A stretch of 15,220 nt of DNA from a bacterium (GTDB lineage: Bacteria; Babelota; Babeliae; Babelales; RVW-14): contig JBDRBF010000016.1 of NCBI GenBank assembly GCA_043822925.1, forward strand, positions 1-15,220, given 5' to 3'. Below are positions 8,555-15,220 of the stretch, one piece after another; positions within the stretch are counted from its first letter, which is position 1; each line of letters begins with the position of its first letter. Under the pieces are notes generated by a model that saw nothing but the letters and a program-made list of their open reading frames with translations, was not told the DNA's origin and did no database searches. A program made the position numbers and the translations under genes.

Positions 8555-8576
8555 GCCTAGGGTTAAAACCCTAGGC
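8555..8576. repeat. Perfect inverted repeat 3' of brnQ (REP-like or terminator-like hairpin)
   Basis: GCCTAGGGTT-AA-AACCCTAGGC; no U-tract on the plus strand. Confidence 0.55.
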
Positions 8577-8745
8577 TCATAAAAGCTTCGTGCTATTCAG
8601 CACAAGAAAGACCCGGGATATACGAACAGTTTTCTCAAAATTCTTGTTTTTTATAAACACATTTCTCTACCATAAGATACATAAATCAAATAATAAAATT
8701 TGTAGTCCAGAAAACACGTCTTATCTTTTTACGGAGGGATCTGTT

Positions 8746-9546
8746 ATGAAGAAACTCATGTTGCTATCTCTTGCTCTTTCACTTGGACTCAATCACCACA
8801 CATACGCCATGAAAAACCAAGCACTAGGCACCAAAATCTCGCTGGAAAACTTTGAAACAAAAGCACTTGAAAAAGTCGAAACCAAATCTCAAAGTAAAAT
8901 AGTTCTGCCTCAAATAACCACAGAAAAAGACGCGCTACAATTACTTAAAAAAGAAGCATTAATACTTAAAAGCTTAGCCCAATCAATTGAAAAAAATCAA
9001 AAACGCATTAATACTTTAGAAAATGATACTGTATGGAATAAAATGACAGAATATTACAATTGTAAACATGAACTCACAACAGACGATCTTGCTGAAAGAT
9101 ACGAACTAAAAAAACAAATCTTAAAAAAAATAACCCTCCTTACAAACTCACAATTAATTGTTTTTGAATTACTCAAAAACAATTTAATACCGAACGAAAA
9201 ATTCGATAAAAAACTTACAGAGCTTCATAACTTACTCAAAGAAAGTAATAAACGCGCAATCAGCACCCAAAACGTCAGCACGGTACTTTCATTCTCATTT
9301 GAGATAACCAAGCTTATTCTAGAAGGCCTTGTTGATAAAAAAGTAAATCCCGCAAAAAATGCAGTAAAAATTTTGGCATTAGTATTAGCCTCATCTGGTA
9401 TAATTCTTGGGATTGGGCAGCACTATCACTGGTGGGATGTCTCATACTTTTTGTATCAAAATTTTTCAAAAGTAGACGTCGTAAAATTAATAGGAAACAT
9501 TATTGCAGCTTACTATGGAGTAAATGGTAAAGCTGATTCGAAATAA
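8746..9546 (+). CDS. Array paralogue 1: secreted/membrane-anchored helical protein
   Basis: GGAGG RBS before the ATG at 8746; leader MKKLMLLSLALSLGL...YAM; block TTEKDALQLLKKEA; TM segment ILALVLASSGIILGIG followed by HYHWW. Confidence 0.8.
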   Translation: MKKLMLLSLALSLGLNHHTYAMKNQALGTKISLENFETKALEKVETKSQSKIVLPQITTEKDALQLLKKEALILKSLAQSIEKNQKRINTLENDTVWNKMTEYYNCKHELTTDDLAERYELKKQILKKITLLTNSQLIVFELLKNNLIPNEKFDKKLTELHNLLKESNKRAISTQNVSTVLSFSFEITKLILEGLVDKKVNPAKNAVKILALVLASSGIILGIGQHYHWWDVSYFLYQNFSKVDVVKLIGNIIAAYYGVNGKADSK

Positions 9547-9577
9547 CCATACAAAGTCTTATCTTAAAATCTTACTG

Positions 9578-9621
9578 AAAGAGAGCGTATTTTTGCAAAA
9601 AAAACACGCTCTCTTTTTTTT
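9578..9621 (+). terminator. Rho-independent terminator
   Basis: AAAGAGAGCGT...ACGCTCTCTTT stem running into a T8 tract, about 30 nt after the stop of paralogue 1. Confidence 0.8.
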
Positions 9622-9653
9622 AATTTTAAAAACATTTTAAATTTTTTCGCTTC

Positions 9654-9694
9654 CTGATATCATGCATAAAATCTGTTGCAAATGGTGCACCAGA
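9654..9694 (+). promoter_or_regulatory. Conserved upstream element with AATGG-loop hairpin, copy A
   Basis: 30/38 identical to 13668-13705; stem TCTGTTGCA/TGCACCAGA ends 38 nt before the ATG. Confidence 0.65.
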
Positions 9695-9731
9695 AAAAAA
9701 TGTTTCTGACCTTATTCAATGGGAGTATGTA

Positions 9732-10811
9732 ATGAAGAAGCTTTCGTTTTTCACGTTAACGCTAACTTTAGGTTTAATATTCTACAACAACACGGCTTTC
9801 AGCATGCAAAGCCCCGATGGTTATGAATCAGACAACGAAGATATTGCAAAAACAGTTTCTAAATCAAAATCAAAAGTCGCAACAAAATATTTTACAACAA
9901 AGCTCACACAAATAGCTGGACTAACTGATCAAATTTCTACAAATCTTTTATTTTTAGACACAATAGAAAAAGAAGAAAAAGATGCAGCACAAAGTTTTTC
10001 ACAAAATATCAAAAGAAGCCTAAAAAAAGATCTTACCGAACTTGCGAAAAAAACAACATTTGTAATCGATAATCTCTTTGAGCTCAGACTATTCAAAAAA
10101 TTCAAAGCAAAAAATTCGGAAAAAATACAACAACTAAAAGACGATTGCGCAAACATTCAAAAAAATATTAATGACAACGCTCAGATAAGCAACCAAGACC
10201 TTAAAAAACTTCTCTTACTCGTAACTGAAGTTATTGACCTGACAAAAGAATATTTCAAACCGATGTCAAAAGAAATGAAAATTGCTCTTGCAGCACTAAC
10301 AATTACCACAGTTACGCTTATCGCCGCAGGCTTCTATTTCGGCTGGTGGAAAGCAACATACACAGGAATAAAAAACTTCGAATACAAAGCAACCGCAAGC
10401 AACACAATCGCATCTATTAAAGAAAAAACCAACCAAGCACATCAAATAGCAAAGAACGCTATCGCATATATTACGACTCGCCTTCAAGCCCTTCTTAAAA
10501 AACTAGGTTTATCAGGAAAAGCAAAAACCCCAATAATAACAGAACAAGTAATAACAGAACAAATAACAGAACAAGTAATAACAGAACAAATAACAGAACA
10601 AGTAATAACAGAACAAAAAACAGAACAAGTAATAACAGAACAAGGGACAGAACAAGGGACAGAACAAGTAAATCCAGTGACAGATCCAGTTTCTTTAAAT
10701 AACTACGATGTCGATGGCGCGATAACCTGCGCAAACCAATGCTTCAAAGACATGACTATCTATACAGTCCAACCCTGCACAATTAGCTGCATCAAAAACA
10801 GTATAATATAA
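9732..10811 (+). CDS. Array paralogue 2: leader, helical domain, TM, TEQ repeats, Cys-containing tail
   Basis: GGGAG RBS; MKKLSFFTLTLTLGL...FSM; TM segment followed by FYFGWW; tail TCANQC...PCTISC. Confidence 0.82.
   Translation: MKKLSFFTLTLTLGLIFYNNTAFSMQSPDGYESDNEDIAKTVSKSKSKVATKYFTTKLTQIAGLTDQISTNLLFLDTIEKEEKDAAQSFSQNIKRSLKKDLTELAKKTTFVIDNLFELRLFKKFKAKNSEKIQQLKDDCANIQKNINDNAQISNQDLKKLLLLVTEVIDLTKEYFKPMSKEMKIALAALTITTVTLIAAGFYFGWWKATYTGIKNFEYKATASNTIASIKEKTNQAHQIAKNAIAYITTRLQALLKKLGLSGKAKTPIITEQVITEQITEQVITEQITEQVITEQKTEQVITEQGTEQGTEQVNPVTDPVSLNNYDVDGAITCANQCFKDMTIYTVQPCTISCIKNSII
10536..10670 (+). repeat. In-frame tandem repeat encoding ten xTEQ(V) units
   Basis: Alternating 15-bp (ATAACAGAACAAGTA) and 12-bp (ATAACAGAACAA) units form a 27-bp higher-order repeat x4, followed by two GTEQ variants. 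Confidence 0.95.
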
Positions 10812-10847
10812 AAACAAGAACTAAAAACATTAAAAAAGGAACCAAAA

Positions 10848-11879
10848 ATGAAAAAAATACTACTTTTTGCACTTATGCTTATCGCAGGAACAGCAAACAT
10901 ATTCTCCATGGAAGCCCCAGAATACACATTAAACCTAGCAGACGTAGATGATTCAAACTGGGACTCAGATGACGAAGACAATTTAAACGATATTCCAGGG
11001 AAAAAAGAACTTGCAAGTAACCTAATCGAAAACAAAATAAACAAACTCGATAACTTATTAAATAACGTTACAAGTATGCTTAAACTTCAAGAAGATTTAA
11101 CAAAAAACGACTCTAACCTCAATATTGATACAAAAAAAAGAATAGATAAAACAATTAAAAAAATTGCAAAAAAAATAAACTTCACCGAAAAAGCTTTGGC
11201 TAAAGAAGAACTCAAAGAGCTATTTGACCAAGATTTTCAAAAAAACACGCAAAACAAACTTGAGTTAGCAAAAGATTATTCAGAAGCATTAACAACCAGA
11301 TACGAACAACTTATAAAAAAGCTTGAAGAAAAAAGCTTTGCCGAAAAAGCAGGATCATATCTCCTAAATAATACGATACAATTATTAAAAAACATAAAAT
11401 CATTTGTTTTCAGTAAAAAAGGCATACTCACGATAGGCGTTGCCTGCGCTGCTATTCTTGTACTCGCATTTGTACTTAACCAATATTTTGGCTTTGTTAT
11501 CGGCCTCACCGTAGATTTCGCAAAAATAGGAAACTATTTTGTTTTGCTCGGTAAAAAAATCATAGACGCAGCGAAAGATCTTGGCAATGGCGCTGTAGCA
11601 ATTGGTAAAAAGCTCATTGAATACGGCAAACTTTGCTTACAATATGCCCTTATAAAACCTGCAGGATACATCAAAGACAAAACAACTTACTTTGGAAAAG
11701 CTACATACGATTATCTCCAAGCCTATTTATGTGAATCAAAGAAAAATAGACTTCAGCACAAAATTGGATTATTAGAAAGAGCAAGCCAGACATTAATAAA
11801 ACAATCTACGCGCCTACTCGATGAAACAAATAACTTAAAAAAAAGCTTACACCAGCTTACGTGCGCTCAACAAAGTTAA
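10848..11879 (+). CDS. Array paralogue 3: leader, acidic patch, coiled coil, TM, helical tail
   Basis: AAGGA RBS; MKKILLFALMLIAG...FSM; DDSNWDSDDED; TM segment ILTIGVACAAILVLAFVL followed by NQYFG. Confidence 0.8.
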   Translation: MKKILLFALMLIAGTANIFSMEAPEYTLNLADVDDSNWDSDDEDNLNDIPGKKELASNLIENKINKLDNLLNNVTSMLKLQEDLTKNDSNLNIDTKKRIDKTIKKIAKKINFTEKALAKEELKELFDQDFQKNTQNKLELAKDYSEALTTRYEQLIKKLEEKSFAEKAGSYLLNNTIQLLKNIKSFVFSKKGILTIGVACAAILVLAFVLNQYFGFVIGLTVDFAKIGNYFVLLGKKIIDAAKDLGNGAVAIGKKLIEYGKLCLQYALIKPAGYIKDKTTYFGKATYDYLQAYLCESKKNRLQHKIGLLERASQTLIKQSTRLLDETNNLKKSLHQLTCAQQS

Positions 11880-11891
11880 AACATAAAATAT

Positions 11892-11948
11892 ATAAGAGAA
11901 AGGCCCTTGCTCCTGCCAGTTGCGCAAGAATAAGGGCCTTTCTCTTAT
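11892..11948. terminator. Long hairpin 3' of paralogue 3
   Basis: Perfect inverted repeat AAGAGAAAGGCCCTT/AAGGGCCTTTCTCTT, extending by a further 2 bp outward, plus an imperfect inner stem; homologous to 14489-14534. Confidence 0.7.
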
Positions 11949-11997
11949 TAAGTCTTTAATTTTTTATAAATCTTCATTAAACAGAAAGTATAATAAT

Positions 11998-12609
11998 ATG
12001 AAAAACCATATTATTTTTTCACTCGCGTTTATTTTCTGCATCACTCATCACATCTCTGCAACAAAAAAACCTGACCAAAGCAATTCGATAAACTATACAG
12101 AATACAAAAACCAACGATCCCATATTTTCAAACATATAAAAACACAAAACGACGCATTAAATTTACTCGAAAAAGAAGCTGAACAAATACAAACAAAAAT
12201 CGACACGCTAATAAAAAGCCAAAAAATTATAAATTTCATACAACTAAAACACGATTTCAACGATTACGCTCTTTACGTACTAAGTCTCTTTCCATGCTAC
12301 CAGCCTTACGAGAGAGAAATAGAAGAACAAGACGAAATAGAAGAAGAAATAAATCTCAATAAAAACAATATCGAAAAAAGTCGAAACATACTCATACATC
12401 ACATACATTTTATTTTTGAAGAAATCTTAAACCTCGATGCCTGCAAATTAATCAAAGAAAAAAATAGTACTAAGATTGAAGAATTTAATAATAAATTTAA
12501 AAAGATATATCAACAAAAAGACACACCCATCGAAGAACATATTCGACAAACACTAAATCTTGCTAGCCAGGCAAAAACATTGATTCTCACAAGTCTTATT
12601 AAAAAATAA
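11998..12609 (+). CDS. Array paralogue 4: leader plus helical domain only (no TM)
   Basis: ATG at 11998 gives MKNHIIFSLAFIFCITHHISA; blocks KTQNDALNLLEKEA and FIFEEILNLDACKLIKEKN are shared with neighbours. No clear SD sequence. Confidence 0.75.
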   Translation: MKNHIIFSLAFIFCITHHISATKKPDQSNSINYTEYKNQRSHIFKHIKTQNDALNLLEKEAEQIQTKIDTLIKSQKIINFIQLKHDFNDYALYVLSLFPCYQPYEREIEEQDEIEEEINLNKNNIEKSRNILIHHIHFIFEEILNLDACKLIKEKNSTKIEEFNNKFKKIYQQKDTPIEEHIRQTLNLASQAKTLILTSLIKK

Positions 12610-12624
12610 ACACAGAAAAACATT

Positions 12625-13584
12625 ATGAAAAAACATATTTCTTTCACGCTTGCTCTTATTTTAAGTTTCGCATCACACGCAAATCATGCCCATAGCATGA
12701 AGAATGACAACAACTATGACTCAGACGCTAACTCTGACACTGAAGTTAACACCAACAAACTCACAACAAAAAAAATGGCCCTAGATCTCCTGGAAAAAAA
12801 AGCAATAAAACTCAGCAAAATCGCAGACCAGCTCAAAAAACTGGCGCAAAGCCGCACTGAAAAAAACCCTGAAACAGAACCAAAGATTCAAATAAAAATA
12901 AACTTACTTTTAGATAAAACAAAGTTTATCATAAACACACTATTAAATCTCGAGACCTGTAAGTCTATTAAAAACAAACACAATAAAGAAATACTGCAAC
13001 TACAGGCAAAAATCAACAAATTGCGCGACCAGGTGACAAACAAAACATTCAGAGAGATAACCCCTCAAATACTATCTCTAACGCTTGAAGCAAATAATTT
13101 TATTTGCGACCTGCTTAAGAGTGAAACAAAACAAGAAACACGCTCACGAGAAAAATACAATAAAATTATAAAAATTATTGGCATAACGACACTTATAATA
13201 GTCGGCATAACGGCCGCCATCGCCACAGGAGTTTATCTCGGCTGGTGGCGGAACGAAGACAATGTAACGTGCTTTGATAAATGTATAACCCAATATAAAG
13301 ACCTAAACTGTATTCCCGAATATACAAATGGCTCCCTAACTAAGCCTTGTCTCATCGAAGAATTATGCAACCCAGATTTTTGCCTTCTAGATAATGACGC
13401 TCAAATCACTACTTTCGATAATTGCACAAAAAACAAATGCACTCCTATACAAATAGGCCGCAATCCCCAAAAACCAAAAGATACATATTATAAAATAAAA
13501 CGCTCAAAACTGCTCCCTGAAAATTCGAATGGCCAACGCTGTCTTGAGAATGACAAAAAAAGATGTGAAATTTACGTTAATTAA
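12625..13584 (+). CDS. Array paralogue 5: leader, helical domain, TM, 10-Cys tail
   Basis: MKKHISFTLALILSF...HSM; TTKKMALDLLEKKA; TM segment followed by VYLGWW; ten Cys residues after the TM. Confidence 0.82.
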   Translation: MKKHISFTLALILSFASHANHAHSMKNDNNYDSDANSDTEVNTNKLTTKKMALDLLEKKAIKLSKIADQLKKLAQSRTEKNPETEPKIQIKINLLLDKTKFIINTLLNLETCKSIKNKHNKEILQLQAKINKLRDQVTNKTFREITPQILSLTLEANNFICDLLKSETKQETRSREKYNKIIKIIGITTLIIVGITAAIATGVYLGWWRNEDNVTCFDKCITQYKDLNCIPEYTNGSLTKPCLIEELCNPDFCLLDNDAQITTFDNCTKNKCTPIQIGRNPQKPKDTYYKIKRSKLLPENSNGQRCLENDKKRCEIYVN

Positions 13585-13667
13585 TAAAACAAAATATTTC
13601 GCAAGCGACAAAGCCAAAAACTTTTGTTTTACAAAAACATCTAAAAATGTTCCCAAAAAAACGCACA

Positions 13668-13708
13668 CTGATATCCTACATAAAATTTGGTACGAATGGC
13701 GTACCCAA
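13668..13708 (+). promoter_or_regulatory. Conserved upstream element with AATGG-loop hairpin, copy B
   Basis: Stem TTTGGTACG/CGTACCCAA ends 35 nt before the ATG at 13743; homologous to 9654-9694. Confidence 0.65.
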
Positions 13709-13742
13709 AAAATATTATTTTTTTCTTACAGGAGAATACGTT

Positions 13743-14456
13743 ATGAAGAAACTTACGCTGTTATCAATCGCACTCTTAATTGGCCTCACCTCTTATAGCA
13801 ATCCTGCATTTACTATGCAAACCCCCAATAATGACCCTACGAAACTAGAAATTCTCAGAGAACTTGAAGCTCTTCAAGAGTTAAGTCAAAGCATCCTAAA
13901 CAACCAAGAAGAGATTACAAACTTAAAGCTCTCTAACGAAATACGTATCGTCAAAGCAACAACTGAAGAAGAAAATAATATTTGCACCAAAAATACCGAA
14001 ATCATAAAACAAAAAAATATTTTTCTAAAAAAAGTACAAAAGATTCTTCAAATCCTACAAAAACTCAGTCCCAAAAACACAGAGCTTGATTCGCTTACAA
14101 ATGAAATAAGCCAATTAACAGAAAAAAATCTCTCTGATAAAAAAATTGCCAAATTATTAAAAAAACTGGGCAAGAGCTATGAATCTCTTACCAAGGAAAA
14201 AAGCTCTAATTGCTTCATAACATTCAAAGTAATGCTCATCATATCATTTGTAATAATGATGACTGCGATCATTATCGCACGGATCCAAAACGTTGACATA
14301 AATAACCTATGGAACAATCTGATACAAAATAAAAGCATTGAACAATGTATTAATATGGTAAAAAACTTTTTAAACAAAACAGCTGAAATGATCATTGAAA
14401 AAGCAAGCATAAACCGTGACCATCTCTGCCTAAATTATGGCAAATTCTGCAACTAA
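13743..14456 (+). CDS. Array paralogue 6: leader, coiled coil, TM, short tail
   Basis: AGGAG RBS before the ATG at 13743; MKKLTLLSIALLIGL...FTM; LQELSQSILNNQEEITNL matches paralogue 1 LKSLAQSIEKNQKRINTL; TM segment VMLIISFVIMMTAIIIA. Confidence 0.8.
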   Translation: MKKLTLLSIALLIGLTSYSNPAFTMQTPNNDPTKLEILRELEALQELSQSILNNQEEITNLKLSNEIRIVKATTEEENNICTKNTEIIKQKNIFLKKVQKILQILQKLSPKNTELDSLTNEISQLTEKNLSDKKIAKLLKKLGKSYESLTKEKSSNCFITFKVMLIISFVIMMTAIIIARIQNVDINNLWNNLIQNKSIEQCINMVKNFLNKTAEMIIEKASINRDHLCLNYGKFCN

Positions 14457-14488
14457 CGACGAGCATTAAATACAGCAACAAATCAAGC

Positions 14489-14534
14489 ACAAAGCCCTTG
14501 CTCTTGCACAACCCGCAGGACCAAGGGCTTTTGT
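14489..14534 (+). terminator. Hairpin/terminator closing the array
   Basis: AAAGCCCTTG...CAAGGGCTTT followed by TGTATT; homologous to 11892-11948. Confidence 0.7.
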
Positions 14535-14593
14535 ATTATCATATTGTACAATACCTCTGTAATCGATTAGCATAGAAATAGAAATAATGACTT

Positions 14594-14650
14594 GGATCCT
14601 ACCCCGGATCGTAGTCCGGGGTGACAGGACTCAAAGAGTCCAGGATGACA
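14594..14650. repeat. Two REP-like palindromes ending in TGACA, one nested inside the other
   Basis: GGATCCT[ACCCCGGA-TCGTAG-TCCGGGGT-GACA]GGACTC-AAA-GAGTCCAGGAT-GACA. Confidence 0.7.
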
Positions 14651-14674
14651 ACAATAAGGAAAAAGGGTTAATCG

Positions 14675-15220
14675 ATGAAGGAGCTGGAAAACGCATATCA
14701 ACCGGAAAATGCAAATAAAATTGAAAACGCGTATCACATAGAAGCTGAAAAGCTCGCAAAGCTCATAAATTCAGACATACATAATGGACTGACAGATCAA
14801 ACAGCGCAACAAATTTTACACGCACGCGGGGCAAATTCTCTTCCCACAAAAAAACAGACTTCTTTTCTTACTATTGTTATCAGGCAGTTTCTCAATCCCC
14901 TCATGTTTATATTAGTTATATCTACCATTATAAGTTTAGCTATAAAACAAATAACAGACGCAACAGTAATCCTAATCGCTATCGTAATAAATAGTATTTT
15001 AGGAATCATACAAGAATGGAAAGCAGATCAAGCACTACAAAGATTACGCTCGTTTGAAGAACCTGAATGTACGGTAAAGCGTGACGGAACTATAACAAAA
15101 ATCGCGACAAAAAACTTAGTTGTCGGCGATCTTGTTATCTTAACTGCTGGAGCACGCGTACCTGCAGATATTCGCTTAATAGAGGTTATCGACTGTACTA
15201 TTGACGAAGCATTACTAACC
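14675..15220 (+). CDS. Cation-transporting P-type ATPase, type II (Ca2+/PacL-like), 5' part
   Basis: Manually translated from the ATG at 14675 (AAAGGG upstream): NGLT...GANSLP...QFLNPLMFIL...LGIIQEWKADQAL...VKRDG...LVVGDLVILTAGARVPADIRL...IDEALLT, ending just before the expected GES of the TGES motif. Open to the window end. Confidence 0.93.
   Translation, partial: MKELENAYQPENANKIENAYHIEAEKLAKLINSDIHNGLTDQTAQQILHARGANSLPTKKQTSFLTIVIRQFLNPLMFILVISTIISLAIKQITDATVILIAIVINSILGIIQEWKADQALQRLRSFEEPECTVKRDGTITKIATKNLVVGDLVILTAGARVPADIRLIEVIDCTIDEALLT

Noticed and set aside
9677-9693. Sigma-54-like GG-N10-GC (TGGTGCACCATTTGCA) in the array upstream element
   Set aside because: It is on the antisense strand and the homologous copy has GG-N10-GT; dyad symmetry explains the pattern better.
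10536-10670. Possible CRISPR array
   Set aside because: Units are contiguous with no unique spacers, lie in frame within a CDS, and there are no cas genes.
5240-13742. Upstream ORF-track starts at 5240, 8590, 11920 and 13647
   Set aside because: Downstream ATGs (5345, 8746, 11998, 13743) give SD sequences and/or family-typical MKK leaders; the longer versions run through promoter or hairpin DNA.
9578-14534. Integron-like cassette array with hairpins as attC sites
   Set aside because: I found no RYYYAAC...GTTRRRY boundaries on the hairpins and no integrase, and the genes are paralogues rather than unrelated cassettes.
14542-14553. 12-bp palindrome TATTGTACAATA upstream of the ATPase
   Set aside because: A single AT-rich palindrome is expected by chance at this composition; there is no second copy or linked regulator.
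797-15009. Short ORF-track ORFs overlapping or antisense to real genes (e.g. 797-979, 1267-1536, 2687-2869, 5120-5401, 5170-5448, 6287-6547, 7354-7665, 10495-10734, 13529-13798, 14797-15009)
   Set aside because: No RBS or family motifs; they are shadows of well-supported genes. The Leu-rich 10495-10734 ORF is just the antisense of the TEQ repeat.

Overview
AT-rich bacterial DNA. The gene style (many MKK-leader hypothetical secreted proteins, amino-acid scavenging genes) suggests a host-dependent lineage such as Candidatus Babelota (Dependentiae/TM6); this is inference. Minus strand, left to right: a large secreted beta-rich protein running off the left edge (missed by the ORF track), a D-cysteine desulfhydrase/ACC deaminase homologue with His in place of the PLP-binding Lys, and a secreted dipeptidyl peptidase III (M49). 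Plus strand: an MNT-HEPN toxin-antitoxin pair directly upstream of ruvB, then brnQ, a tandem array of six divergent paralogues (leader, helical/coiled-coil domain, TM segment, variable often Cys-rich tail), and the 5' end of a P-type II cation ATPase (also missed by the ORF track). Three intergenic structured elements recur: a ~70-nt two-hairpin motif (2798-2868 minus, 7265-7334 plus), a covarying AATGG-loop hairpin upstream of array genes, and a homologous 3' hairpin after array genes 3 and 6. A nested REP-like element lies near 14.6 kb. The best candidates for an undescribed system are the paralogue array with its own cis-elements and the two-copy structured motif.
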